A stretch of DNA of 62,764 nucleotides, the filler included. It is 23 parts of 23 records of this genome, joined end to end, with 100 filler letters (N's around TTAATTAATTAA, not from the genome) between each part and the next. Parts side by side here need not be neighbours in the genome. Positions count along the whole stretch, not along the records: positions 1 to 5,882 come from SRR36015645_197865; positions 5,983 to 7,989 come from SRR36015645_201396; positions 8,090 to 10,425 come from SRR36015645_201783; positions 10,526 to 12,607 come from SRR36015645_202697; 19 more parts are not named here. One strand, written 5' to 3'. Shown piece after piece: positions 1-12,177 of the stretch (its first letter is position 1; the number at the start of each line of letters is the position of its first letter). The translations under genes were made by a program, and so were the position numbers. The notes below the pieces were generated by a model that saw only the letters and a program-made list of their open reading frames with translations, had not been told where the DNA came from and did no database searches.

Positions 1-292
1 GAATGCTAAAAATGTGCATGTACACATGCATGATAATGATGGCTTGAAGGACGACGATAGGTGGCGCTGTTCAGGAGGACAGTCGTGTCATTTTTCGTTG
101 TGCGCCAAAATTTTAATAATCCTTTTTTTTAAGTGTAACTGTTTATGTTTTGTGTATAAGTGTGTTTCTATCTCGTGTAATAAGGTTTGGAGCGACGGAT
201 TGGATTATTTCAAATATCTGGTAGGTCTTACTTAGTGGGATCCGAGGGTGCAAACCTTCGCGATCTCAGTGATTTCACACTTACTTCCAAAT

Positions 293-2851
293 ATGGCAGA
301 TAGTGTGCATGCACTCGAGCTTGTGGCTGCTGGTACAAGCACGGTGCAACATGCACCAATTTGTACCAAAGTGATGCAGGATACACATGATAAGGGGCCA
401 TGTGTTGTATCTGAGAAGCCTGAAGAGGAAGAGAATAAAATGCATGATACACACGTAATCCATCATGATGATAATTTAGGCAAAAATACTGGAAAAAAAT
501 GCTCAGATGGTTGTGAGCTACCAATTACCCAAAGCGGGTCACATCCAGAGGTAATAGTTAGCGACGGTTGTATGTCCGATGTACATGTAGGTGCTTTGCA
601 TACTGGTAATAAATGCACCGCCGAGGGCAATGTCCCGAGAAAGAGAGATGCAAATTTCCCTGAAAAATCAAACACTATTTTGACGCAAGATGGGAATACA
701 CTTTGTCCAGATTTGCATAGGGATACTGCAGCTATGAACGGTGCAATAGTACATGTAGAACCCGGTGCAGTAAATAATCTGCAGGAAACGGACCCAGAAA
801 AGACCACTAGCGCAAGCCTACAGGCGATACAAAATAAGGAAAACCCCCAGTCCAATGTGCGTGGAGTACATAGCTACGCATCAGTCCTACGAAAGCCTGA
901 GGAGTTTTATAACCACACCGACAGAAACAAAGCTATTTGTATCAACTTGAGCTTCGAAGGTGAAAAGGTAATTCCCCTAGCTGCCTATATTAACTCTATA
1001 GCAGATATAGCGGGTGCAGAGAAAATTACACACACTGCAAAACGAGGAGGAAAACTCTTCGTTTATTTCTCTTCTGTTGACCAAGTCGATCTCCTAGCAA
1101 CAACAGGGATAAATATAAATGGACGGCACAAGGATGTATACAGAGCGCAATCAATTTACTCCAGCGTAATTATCTCAGATGTATTTCCGGATATTCCCAA
1201 TTACGCAATAGCCAATGCCTTTGACTCCCTTGGATTAAAAATCCACAGAATTACGCCTATTTCGTGCGGTTTTAAAGACCCCAAACTGAGTCACATAATG
1301 AGTTTTCGACGCGAAGTTAAATTTTCAGCAACAAACAACAACCAACTTTCAGCAATTCCCCATGACCTAATCTTAGAATATGGTGAAGACAGGAAACATA
1401 AAGTCTACGTCTCTGAACCTGGAAACCCGCTTTGCTTTTTCTGTAACAACTTTGGCCATATCCAGGCCCACTGTAATGTTAAAAACAGAAAATATGGGAG
1501 GCGTCCACAGGGCAACACCAACCCAGGAACAGGACCGATGCCGACAGAGATCAACAAGCATCAAAACAATCATACAGGCCTACATGAAGCCACTAATCCA
1601 AATCCAATAGTTACTACGAACGAAAATACAGGTACTGATGACAACGTTGTTCGCAACACTTTGGACAAAATTAGGCAGCTAAAAGCACAGCCACTTGAAA
1701 GACGAAACACACATCACAGGCCGACAGAGGAGGACCCAGGTATCTCTGAGGAAGCGCAGGCTAGGGATGAAGATAAGCTGCAGGAAAAGACAAACAATGA
1801 TCCTGGAATGAGCTCTGATCGCCGGCCAGATCAATGCAGTAAATCCGACAATGAAAATGTGAATAAGAAGGGTGAGTTCTCAGTAGTGCAAAATAAGAAG
1901 CGTAAGAAATCAGCCAGTCCGAAAGAGAATGCAATCGCGGTAACACCCAAAAGGTATACTACAGAGATAGCCAACAGATTCAGCATTCTTCAGGAGGATG
2001 GTGGAAGTACATGTAGGCATACGGAGCCGAGCTGCACACAGACAGACCTCAAAAGTAAATACCTAAGACAGGCAAAGAAAGTACGTAAAATGTTAAGCAG
2101 TGCATCGAGTACAGATAGCCAGAATTCCGTTGACATGGCAGAGACGTCAAGCACCGAAATATTGGATCTGCAGGACGTTATAGCTGAAAATGTTTGCATT
2201 GCTGCAGAAAACGATACTGGCATGCAAAATGTGCAAGTAAATACTGCAAAACAATGTAGTCAACCTGAAAAAGAGGAACAAACTCCTGATAAACGTATGC
2301 CTATATTATGTACACAACAGAATGGTGACAGCAAGGCGACATGTAGGGGGAAGGAGAACGGAGTGGTGCAAGACTCTGGGCGTGGTGAAATAGAATGTGC
2401 TGGGAATGATATAAATACGACAAATTTAACTAGCAATGATGCGGACTGTGAGATTTTTTCAACCCCGTCATCTACTACAGGCAATATATTTAATACACAG
2501 GGAGAGGAAAGTGCAGACGACACAGACATGGTTAGTACACAGGATATAATTCTATCGACTGATGAATTAAGCAGATGTGAACAGCCATTAACAAATGAAA
2601 AGATGCGTCTTCTTCTACAGGATACAAAATGTAAAAGACAAAATGAATGTCTCAGGATTGCTACTGCATATACTAAAGATATCAGCGGGCTGCTTGAACA
2701 ACTGGAACTTGTGGAGAGCCATGGAGAGATAAAGTTGCTATCAGCCACTATTAACTCTCCAAAATACAATGCCATTAAGAAAACTAGGATGCAAATGCAT
2801 AGCTTGAGTAAGCGACTCAAAGAGGCCCTAAACTCTGAAAACGGTAATTGA
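293..2851 (+). CDS. LINE (Tx1-like) ORF1 nucleic-acid-binding protein
   Basis: First ATG at 293 within ORF 248..2851. Contains SYASVL, an RRM-like region (VIISDVFPDIPN...HIMSFRR) and the zinc knuckle CFFCNNFGHIQAHC. Confidence 0.88.
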   Translation: MADSVHALELVAAGTSTVQHAPICTKVMQDTHDKGPCVVSEKPEEEENKMHDTHVIHHDDNLGKNTGKKCSDGCELPITQSGSHPEVIVSDGCMSDVHVGALHTGNKCTAEGNVPRKRDANFPEKSNTILTQDGNTLCPDLHRDTAAMNGAIVHVEPGAVNNLQETDPEKTTSASLQAIQNKENPQSNVRGVHSYASVLRKPEEFYNHTDRNKAICINLSFEGEKVIPLAAYINSIADIAGAEKITHTAKRGGKLFVYFSSVDQVDLLATTGININGRHKDVYRAQSIYSSVIISDVFPDIPNYAIANAFDSLGLKIHRITPISCGFKDPKLSHIMSFRREVKFSATNNNQLSAIPHDLILEYGEDRKHKVYVSEPGNPLCFFCNNFGHIQAHCNVKNRKYGRRPQGNTNPGTGPMPTEINKHQNNHTGLHEATNPNPIVTTNENTGTDDNVVRNTLDKIRQLKAQPLERRNTHHRPTEEDPGISEEAQARDEDKLQEKTNNDPGMSSDRRPDQCSKSDNENVNKKGEFSVVQNKKRKKSASPKENAIAVTPKRYTTEIANRFSILQEDGGSTCRHTEPSCTQTDLKSKYLRQAKKVRKMLSSASSTDSQNSVDMAETSSTEILDLQDVIAENVCIAAENDTGMQNVQVNTAKQCSQPEKEEQTPDKRMPILCTQQNGDSKATCRGKENGVVQDSGRGEIECAGNDINTTNLTSNDADCEIFSTPSSTTGNIFNTQGEESADDTDMVSTQDIILSTDELSRCEQPLTNEKMRLLLQDTKCKRQNECLRIATAYTKDISGLLEQLELVESHGEIKLLSATINSPKYNAIKKTRMQMHSLSKRLKEALNSENGN

Positions 2852-2934
2852 GCAACTAAACTGGCCACATTCTTATAAAGATCCATAGCATCTGTCACCA
2901 CCGATGTCTTATAGCAAAACCTACAATCTAAATC

Positions 2935-5882
2935 ATGTGGACTGCAACAAGCATAAATATACGCGGCATCAACAGCAAAATCAAAGCTCAACAATTAATA
3001 TGTTACACCGACATACACAAACCAGACCTCATATTCATACAGGAAACCAACATTGATAGTGCGTCATATGACAAGTTTTTCTGGAATGAGCAAGCATACA
3101 CTGCTCAGTTCTTCACCTTGCCACATAGATTTGCTGGTGTCGGCTATGCGATTCGGAATAACAGTCATATAAACGTAATATCTCACCAAGAGATTATACC
3201 AGGGTACCTCCTGCATGTAAAATTTGAAAAAAGCACTGAAACATATGACGCCTTTAATGTACTCATCCCTCAACGAGATGACGAAGCACTGCAAGTCATT
3301 AATGCACTGAATGATGCTCTAGATGTTATAGATAACAGAAACATAATTTTATTAGGAGACTGGAATGTTACTCTAAATCCTACCCTTGATAGAAACAACA
3401 ACTGTAATGAGCGTCGGAAATCACTGAAGGATGCCTTGCAGACATTGGTGTCAGGTTTTCGCCTCATAGATATATGGAGGACAATGCACAAACAGACAAA
3501 ACGATATTCTTGGACTGCCTCCAGAAGAGATCAAATACAACAGGCCAGACTCGACAGAATCTATGTTACTCAGCAGTTACGACAGCAAATTGTTAATTCA
3601 TCAATTGACCCATGTACTCTTTCGGACCACGACGCAGTTTCAATTTCATTTAACGACAATGTCCAGAAGCACGGAAAGCAGTATTGGAAATTCAATAATA
3701 GTCTATTAGAGAGCAGCACATATTGTCAAATTGTCAACAGTTTTACCCAGGAATGGAATTCAGAAAAAGTGAACTACCATGGCTCACTCGACAAATGGTG
3801 GGATTCGTATAAATCGCAGATAAAGGCGGCCTCTATTAAGTTTGGAATTGATAAAGCAAGGGAGGACAGAGAAGAGCTAAGCCACTTGCAGGAGGAAGTA
3901 AATAGGCACACTATGCACGGAAATATATCAGAGGAATTGGAGGAAAAGAAAGCAACACTTAACAACCTTCTCAAGAAAAGGGCTTGTGGTGCCATCACCA
4001 GAAGCAAGTACAAAAGTATATACGAATCCGATGCACCCACAAAATACTTTTTCAACCTTGATAAAGAAAAAGCAGCTTCTAATAGCATAAAGTCATTGAG
4101 AGTATCTGAAACCCAGTTGACCAACAATCCAGACGAAATACGTCAGGCTGTGATCGATTTTTACTCAAAGCTCTATTCAGACGATGGAGTCTCTGAGGAA
4201 GCAATAAGTGAAATACTACAAGAGTTGCCCATGATAACGGAAGAGGAACGGGCAAGGTTGGAGCAACCAATTACAAAAAATGAATTGGACTATGCACTCA
4301 AAAGTTTTAAGAACGGTAAAAGTCCAGGATTAGATGGTTTAACAGTGGAGTGGTACAGGACCTTTTGGGACGTTATAGCAAATAATTTACTTGAACTGTT
4401 CCTATTCATGATCAACAACGAAAAACTTCCGATCTCTTTACGATTAGCAATAATATGTCTGATTTTGAAAAAAATGTGCGATCATACAGAGCTAAAAAAT
4501 TATAGGCCTATATCACTATTAAATACTGATTATAAAATATTTACACGTGTACTTGCTAACAGGTTAAAACCAGTGATGAATAGTATCGTACACCAGGATC
4601 AAACATGCTGTATACAAGACAGAAAGATACACGATAATATCAATTTAATAAGAGACATTATTTTTTACGCGAATAAAACAGATATGGAACTCTTGCTTTT
4701 GTCGATGGATCAACAAAAAGCTTTCGATCGTGTTAACCATACATACATGATCAGAACATTGGAGAAATTTGGGTTTGGACCATACTTCATAAAATGTATA
4801 CAACTACTATATAGAGACGTTCTAAGCTATATTAAGCTTCATGAAGGGTTGGTTGGTCCAGTCCGCTTCAACAGAGGAATCAGACAAGGCGATTCACTGA
4901 GCATGTTGATATATGTCTTAATGATAGAGCCCTTTCTACGACTACTCCGAAAAATTCTGCAAAATCATGGATTTCAGATTCCGGGTACCAATAAAAGAGT
5001 AATGCTTACAGCATATGCTGATGACATTACACTAATCTTAGAAACGGACTACGCATTTGATGCTTTGCTATCAGCATATTCGCTCTATTCACTCGCCTCC
5101 GGTGCTTTATTGAACAATGAAAAGACGAAAGGGTTATGGCTTGGAAGGTGGAAAGCGAGAGTAGACAAACCGAAGGATTTCAAATGGACGTCTGAAGGGA
5201 TGGATTTTCTGGGAGTCTACTTGGGCAATACACATCAGACAGAGGTAAACAACTTTGAAGAAATGAGTGAAAAAATCGACCAGAAGTTCACAAAATGGCT
5301 AAATATTGGACGATCCCTGTCCTATAGAGGGAGAGCATTAATTGCTAACGCTTTAGCAGTCTCAAAGATATGGCATCGGGCCATCAGTGTATCCATTCCA
5401 GCATACCTAGTAACCAGATGGCAAACGCAGATAGTAAAGTTTGTCTGGAATGGCAAGCATTGGCTTGCTCCTGCTACCTTATATCAAAGGAGCCGTGCTG
5501 GTGGGCAATCATTGTGCGATATCAAGACCAGAATAGATGCCTTTCGTGTTAGCCATATCAATCGGTATATTAAGAAGTTTGACCACCCCAGCTATGATAT
5601 GATGTCCCTTTTTCTACGTTTATATGGAAACCTAAACTACGATAAGGAAATTTTCAAAACTCAAATTGACTTCTCACTGTGTGATGAGCTCCCGACATTT
5701 TATAGGGAATTATTACAAGCGTGGAACAAGTTAGATATGAGGAGAAATTCGTACCCAACAAGCTATATTGACATGATCGGTGAGCCTCTATTCCACAACT
5801 ATCTATTTGTTGACTCGAACATGCAGCCCCTGTGCTGTAGGCATATGATAAGGAATGGATTTACAAAGTTATCGGATATCAT
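2935..5882 (+). CDS. LINE ORF2: APE endonuclease plus reverse transcriptase, C-terminus missing
   Basis: Endonuclease motifs SINIRGI, IQET, GDWN, RLDRIY, SDH; WKFNNSLL; RT motifs KSPGLDG, YRPISLLN, DQQKAFD, GIRQGD, YADD. Confidence 0.96.
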
Positions 5883-5982
5883 NNNNNNNNNNNNNNNNNN
5901 NNNNNNNNNNNNNNNNNNNNNNNNNNTTAATTAATTAANNNNNNNNNNNNNNNNNNNNNNNNNNNNNNNNNNNNNNNNNNNN
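5883..5982. other. Artificial contig-joining spacer, first of 22
   Basis: N44-TTAATTAATTAA-N44. Identical spacers start at 5883, 7990, 10426, 12608, 15008, 20351, 22614, 25069, 27241, 29752, 32132, 34520, 37108, 39778, 41932, 44289, 46399, 49160, 51900, 54933, 57520 and 59632. ORFs ending in XXX...LIN or XXX...N are artefacts of it. Confidence 0.99.
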
Positions 5983-7757
5983 ACCGAGGCGATGACTTGA
6001 ACTTCTTCTCATGGCATTTGCAGTAGCAGTGGGCATTTTCATGACACCTCCAGCAGCAAACGAAGTGACAGGCAAGGCCGGGAGTCGACAAACAAACACT
6101 CACGTCACGAAACAAATAATCAAACGCATCCGTTATGTGCTCGCAAAACTCGATACAGTCGCTGTGCATGTGACAATAATCTATGAAATTAACGGGTGGC
6201 TGCTGCGGTTGCACCATCGGTTGGATTTCTTCGACGATGGATTTTTTTCTGGGCGGAGACGGCGGTGGGGAAGGAAATGGTATCGGTGGCTTATCTTGTC
6301 CAAGTCCCGTTCCCTCTGGAATATCTCTTCCGCCTGCACCGCGCCCTCGACCACCGATTGCAATTGTCTTGGCCGGATATTCCACTCTTTTAAACCTGCC
6401 GCTCGGTTTAAATCGCTTTCCACTCCCCTTCATCGCATGTAGGGGTTTTGGACTTTGCAGTTCTGGTATAACGCTCGCACCATCCCAACTAGCTACGGGT
6501 GAAGGTGATCCCATGGTTGGTGATTGAGACACAGGTGGAATTTCCTCTGTTGATGCCAGTGACTTAGGTCCTAGTATCGGTGGTGGAACAGGTCTTCGCT
6601 GATCCGTCAGATAATACCGCTCTCGTCCACGCGGTGCTCCTCTTCCCCGTCCACGAGTAGCAAGTGGAGGCGACGTCCTTTGCTGTTGGAATCGCTGGAG
6701 ATGTTTGTCTAGGGAGAATCTCTGCCTCATGCCTCCCTCTACGCCAGCCATGTCTTTTTCCAACCGTTCGGGTGGTTTCGCACCTGGCTTGCCCATGGTT
6801 GGTGAAGGCCTTCTATTTGTATATGTCTGTGGTCTGCCACGCTTTGGTGAAGCGTCAAGTTCACCAACTTTGGTACCACCAAATTCTCTCACCACCTCAA
6901 TATTTCTCGGGCCTGATATATCTGTTGGCGAGCCGACCCCACTAGGCGCTGGCCTAGCTCGGTAAGGCTGACTCTGAAAGCCTAACGATGGTCCCGGTCT
7001 TGGAGCCGTCATTGGACGAGATATTTCTGTTGAAGATCCAGTAGTTTTCGGCGCCGGCCTAGCCTTGAAATGCTTTCTTTTAAACGGTCGTCGTGGTGGT
7101 GTAGCCATGGTTTTTCCTGCAGGCACGGTTTGTGCACGGTAGTTAGATGCGAACTGCCTTTTTGGCTGTGCTAACTGTGCAAATCTTGAGCTGGGTGGTG
7201 GTCGAATTAGTTTTTTTGCCGATGGACGAACTTGTTTTCGCGCTTTCTTTTGCAACGGTTTCTTACGCTCCTGTATTGTTGGCAGATACGGCTCTCCTCC
7301 ACTGGTACGCCTGGGTTCCTCCTGCCGTTCTTGTGTTTGTAGTTTCGGTGCTTGTTTAGCTTTGAACAATTTCCGTTTTCGAGTCTTCGACTTTAGCGGT
7401 GGTTGTCTCGGCTTGGACAGTTGATCCAAACGACTACCTGAAGGAGTTGCATACGGACCTCTCCGCACTTGATTGAACAAGTCCGATTTTGCCTTTGGTG
7501 TAAATGGACGGGGTGCCCGCCCCGGTTTTGCCCTTGGTGTAAATGTACGGGGACTGCCTGCCCGTCTGGGTCTGTATCCAGGGGCACTGCGTGGTCTGGT
7601 GACACTTGGAGCCTTTTCTTCCTCTACACCGCTCTCTTTTGATTCAGTCTGAGCCCGACGTGGGTGGTTAGCACATTCAACGGTGATAGTTCCCTCAATA
7701 CGTATGTCCTTTTCTGAAAAGCTGTCCTTTGCTCTACGTTGCTTTCCTGAGTCTTCA
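5983..7757 (-). CDS. Large exon of a basic Pro/Arg-rich protein with putative microtubule-binding motifs and a Cys/His-rich segment
   Basis: Open ~590 codons after an acceptor-like ttatcttttag (7758-7759). Motifs FKAKQAP, FKARPAP, YRARPAP and RLDQLSKPR, RFAQLAQPK. Confidence 0.6.
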
Positions 7758-8307
7758 CTAAAAGATAACGTATTATGTATTGTATGTCTAGATACAGTAT
7801 AAAACAAGCAAAAGCAATTAACACAGAAAAGAATATTTGTAGGAAGCACCGTCCTAAGCATAACAATGGATTCTACATGTAAAAACAATTTTATGTTTAT
7901 ATGGCCATGTTGTCATAGTATTACAATCCAGTACTAATGTAATACTGGGTACATGTTGGTGAAGGCGCTTTCTAAAATAGTGAGAACATNNNNNNNNNNN
8001 NNNNNNNNNNNNNNNNNNNNNNNNNNNNNNNNNTTAATTAATTAANNNNNNNNNNNNNNNNNNNNNNNNNNNNNNNNNNNNNNNNNNNNTAGATGGCGCT
8101 GGCAAACATAGAAACAGTTTTTGTATTGCTGCCATCAATCATGTAATTAAACAAGTTTATGAGAGTTAAACATTATCACCTACCGTTTGTTTTGGACTAT
8201 AAACATCTAGGGCAGCTCCGGTGACTTTTGGTTTGTGATTCTATAAGGGCAGTTGCCCTTACCGGGCGTTCAAAATATCCGGCTCTGATATCTGACAAAG
8301 AACTGTC

Positions 8308-10425
8308 ATGGCGGCCGCCATGGCCGTGTCAGATTGCATACGTGACAGTACAATAGGTTCAGATCTAGAACCTGGTGCGTCGCAGCATCCTGAGTGCACC
8401 ACACACGTATCCAGTAACTATATCGAACAGTCCGGTGACGGTTTTATGCATTTTCCTGGTCTCGCGTCCGGAAATGTAAAACAGGCTACAGGTGATCGCG
8501 ATTTGGATGACCTTGAAAATACACATGGTCTAATTACCAGCATAATACATTCCTCTCAGTCCAGTGGCAAAAACGTAGATTTTGCCGGAATTGAACAACA
8601 TGGTAACCAACAATACAGTCCGAGTGACATTTCGAACAAGTCACAGGTCGCTACGTGTACGAACAGCAGCAAAATCAACAAAAACAGTGAAAATAATATC
8701 CAGGGGACAACGCCCACAAGTGTTTATCATAACTTTGTACATTCTCCTGTCTCTAGTGAAAATTTGCATGCAGTTGGTGAAAGCGAACATGCTAATTACC
8801 TGCGCGGTGGTGACTATGCAGCAGTCGAAGAGCAGCGCCCCGAATATGCAAATTTGATAGACAAAACTGGGTCAGATGTACGCCCACGCAATAATGTAAA
8901 CAGTAAGGTGAATGTGAGCGGAGAGAAACGTGGGGGTGTGCGCCGTGCGTCCAATCGGGTTGGAGCGTTTGATGTGGGTCTAACAGGTCGTGACATGGTA
9001 AAATCCAAGCCCAGGGAAGCCGGTATAGGCAGTGAACAGTCACAGTATGAACGTTCCGGTGGTAGTAATAATGCGAACCCTGGTGACCCTGATGGTGCGA
9101 ACTGTATAGGTGTGGGAAGCAGTACTGACTGTGAACAGCATACTGGGGCTATACCCAAAAACGGAAAGAACTCTCGCAGTGAACTAAATGGGGAAAACGA
9201 GCCTATGAAAAAAACTAACGTTGAAGCTGCTAATTGTTTAACCAACATAGGCCCAAGTAATGTGCCTGTGACTGATAATAATTCGGGTGGCAAAAAATTG
9301 ATGTATGCAGATATAGCTAGGAAAAAGCAAAATGATCACTTTGCAAGTAAACAAAAAGCTGTGTTTGTTAGGCTCACGTCAGATGATCACAGACAGTTAG
9401 GTTTAATTTCTTGCTCAAATGCATTTATTTCTGTTGTAGGGGGTGATGCCATAACTCATGTGTCTAAAATCAATTCAAAACTAATGGTGTATGTTAAAAC
9501 TGAGCAACAGGCTGATATACTGTGCTCTAGAGGTGTAACATTTGGTGGGTATCTTAGGGAAGTAAGGCGCGTGCATTCTCCATATGGCTCTATTGTTCTG
9601 TCCAATGTCTACCCAGAAATACCGAACGAAGCTATAGAGGACTTCTTCTTGACTACTTTTGGCACAGAAATTCGACAAATAAGGCAAATTCCAGCAGGAT
9701 TTAAGGATCCAAAACTGCGCCACATAATGTCTTTTCGAAGAGAAATAAAATATTTCAAGCCTAAGGAAGATGTATTCTTTCCAGCAGAAATAACACTACA
9801 ACACGATAATGAAAATTATAGACTTTATATGTCGGAACCAGGTAAACCCATCTGTTTTCGATGCTTTCAATTTGGACATATCCAAGCAGTCTGTCCCCAG
9901 CGAAGGCATCTACAAACCGACAGAAGGTATGGAGCAAACGAAATAGAACGTCAAGAAAAGAAAACACCAGAGCCCCAGGAACAAACTACAGAAAGTGAGT
10001 ACCGGGGACATGATAGGCAAACTGAAGGGTTAGAAAGTAATGGTAATCAAAAGCAGACACATGGTAAAACAACATCTTCGGATAACAGGCCTCAAGATTC
10101 AGACAATAGAAAAACACAGGAAGGAGATAGGCCTACAGATGTAGTGGACATTGACGAATGTGGTGGAGCTGACACCACAGAAGACACTAGATTTGTAGAG
10201 CAAAGAAATAAACGGAATAAGCGGAAAAAGAACAGCTCTCATCTGAGTGACTCCGGAGATGCTGGTCTCGAATTAAATAACATGTACGACGTGCTTGCGA
10301 ACAGAAACGGTCAAAATATGGAAACTGATGCTGCAACAAAGAGGCATAATACGAACCCAGCAACAAAAAAGGCAAAGGGGGAAAATAGTCATAACAGGGA
10401 AATGAACAACAATGAGGAGAAGACG
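8308..10425 (+). CDS. ORF1 of a second Tx1-like LINE family, truncated
   Basis: Clear homology to ORF1 at 293: IPAGFKDPKLRHIMSFRREIKY vs ISCGFKDPKLSHIMSFRREVKF, and MSEPGKPICFRCFQFGHIQAVC vs VSEPGNPLCFFCNNFGHIQAHC. Confidence 0.88.
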
Positions 10426-10527
10426 NNNNNNNNNNNNNNNNNNNNNNNNNNNNNNNNNNNNNNNNNNNNTTAATTAATTAANNNNNNNNNNNNNNNNNNN
10501 NNNNNNNNNNNNNNNNNNNNNNNNNGC

Positions 10528-12177
10528 ACATTACAGTCAGCCATGCCTGCCACTGATGAGCTTGTTGCCGACTTCAACTCAGCGCTTGCTGCAGGAGAAG
10601 AGAAGTTGACCAACTTTTTGCGAGAACGAGTGTTTAGTAAGAATACGTCCCTCTATGCATCCGTCCCATTGAGCAAACGCCTGACATTTGCCAAGGCACC
10701 AAACAAGAAGACTCCTGGAGAGGACCTCAAGGCAAGAGCTGCTGAATTAGAAAGGACGGCTCTTAAAGCTGTCATAGACTTGGTTGAGGTCAGTGAACTC
10801 GTGGACCTACCTCAGTTGCTGGAGCATCGTGTTGTGGAGGAAAATGTGACCTTATTCAACTCCAATGGCACCTACAGGAAGACACAGAAGAGCCAGCTCA
10901 TCCAGAAGCTGTCTCTGCAACCTGTAGATCTACAGGAATCCTACATTGCCATCATTGACATGGGAATGATCTGGAGGATGGCAATTCCATCAGCAGAAGA
11001 TAGACAAACGCAAGATGGTACCCCATACAAGTGGTCAGACTATGTCAACAAGCTGTCATCCATTATCCTTGGCCGCCATGGCAATGCTGAGAGAATCATC
11101 TGTGTGAATGACCCTTATGATGCTGCTTACTCAACTAAAGACGACGAGAGGGAACTGCGGGTACATGGTAATAAACATGTCCCAAACATCTACATGAAAT
11201 TAGGTGACCCATTTCCCTCTGCCAGAGAATTCAGCACACTGCTTTGTAGCGCCAGCAACAAGAGGCGGCTGCAAACCCTGATATGCAGCTACCTGACTGA
11301 CCTTGCACCAAGTGTCGATGCAGAGATCATCTACTCTGTTGGCTCGAGCTGTACCAACTTGTCAACTCAGCAATCAATGCAGAACTACAGCTTTGACCAG
11401 TCTGAGGCTGACACTGTCATGTTCTCTGCTTATGCAGTTCTGCGAGAGTCTGGTTACACTGGCCCTGTTGTCATCGATGCCGCTGATACGGACGCCTATG
11501 TCGCTGCAGCATTCGTCTCACAACAGCTACCTGGTATGCTTTGTATCAAGAGAAAGCAGGAAACAATCGTCTGCAGTGACCTGATGACTGATGAGATGGC
11601 AAGCTGCATTGTGCAGCTGCACTGCATGACAGGATGTGATGCCAACTCCAGCTTTTATGGCAAGGGCAAGAAGTCGGTGTATGACCAGGTGACGAAGAGC
11701 CCTGTGGGACAACAACAGCTCTCACAGTGCGGAGATAGCCTTGACCTTGAGGAGGAGGTGGTACAGGATCTTTTCGAGTTCACACGACATGTCATCTACG
11801 GCGACCACAAAAGTAAGACCATGGCTGAGGCCCGTGCCACAAAGTGGAAGAGCATGAAGAAAAAGTCATTCCTACGTCTCCCTCCAGATGCAGATAGCCT
11901 ACGCCAACACTGTCTACGTGCAAACTACTTGGCATATCTAGTGCGGCATCCATCCTTGAAGCACCACCCCTCACCAATCGGTCATGGCTGGGAACTGGTG
12001 GATGGTCGCTGTCGGCCTGTCCGTCACACACAACCAGCTCTTCCAACGCATCTACCCAGCCCAGCTGAAGCAACTGAGGAAGATGAGAGCGACGAAGACA
12101 ATGATGTACAAGGGAGGGAGGGGAACTCATCAGAAGAAGATGATTCAGAATACACACAATGCTCTGATTCGGACTGA
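10528..12177 (+). CDS. C-terminal half of an AcademX-like transposase (XPG/PIN-like nuclease domain)
   Basis: Open from contig start. Motifs IIDMG, VNDPY, SEADT, ADTDAYV, HCMTGCDANSSFYGKGK, LPP...H..RA.Y...GW, then an acidic tail. Homologous to the C-terminal half of ORF 15109-19053. Confidence 0.75.
   Translation, partial: TLQSAMPATDELVADFNSALAAGEEKLTNFLRERVFSKNTSLYASVPLSKRLTFAKAPNKKTPGEDLKARAAELERTALKAVIDLVEVSELVDLPQLLEHRVVEENVTLFNSNGTYRKTQKSQLIQKLSLQPVDLQESYIAIIDMGMIWRMAIPSAEDRQTQDGTPYKWSDYVNKLSSIILGRHGNAERIICVNDPYDAAYSTKDDERELRVHGNKHVPNIYMKLGDPFPSAREFSTLLCSASNKRRLQTLICSYLTDLAPSVDAEIIYSVGSSCTNLSTQQSMQNYSFDQSEADTVMFSAYAVLRESGYTGPVVIDAADTDAYVAAAFVSQQLPGMLCIKRKQETIVCSDLMTDEMASCIVQLHCMTGCDANSSFYGKGKKSVYDQVTKSPVGQQQLSQCGDSLDLEEEVVQDLFEFTRHVIYGDHKSKTMAEARATKWKSMKKKSFLRLPPDADSLRQHCLRANYLAYLVRHPSLKHHPSPIGHGWELVDGRCRPVRHTQPALPTHLPSPAEATEEDESDEDNDVQGREGNSSEEDDSEYTQCSDSD

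Larger units (their letters stand above)
1..5882 (+). mobile_element. Non-LTR retrotransposon, Tx1/L1 group, 3'-truncated by contig end
   Basis: Two consecutive open ORFs: a gag-like ORF1 with a CCHC knuckle, then APE endonuclease plus reverse transcriptase ORF2, separated by 83 nt. Confidence 0.93.

Noticed and set aside
2260-2994. 244-aa antisense ORF, and similar shadow ORFs at 29033-29680, 49599-50237 and 55618-56157
   Set aside because: They lie opposite long real ORFs and show no independent motifs; expected shadow frames.
5927-5938. Recurring TTAATTAATTAA as a biological motif
   Set aside because: It always sits in the centre of N-runs, so it is a synthetic six-frame stop linker.
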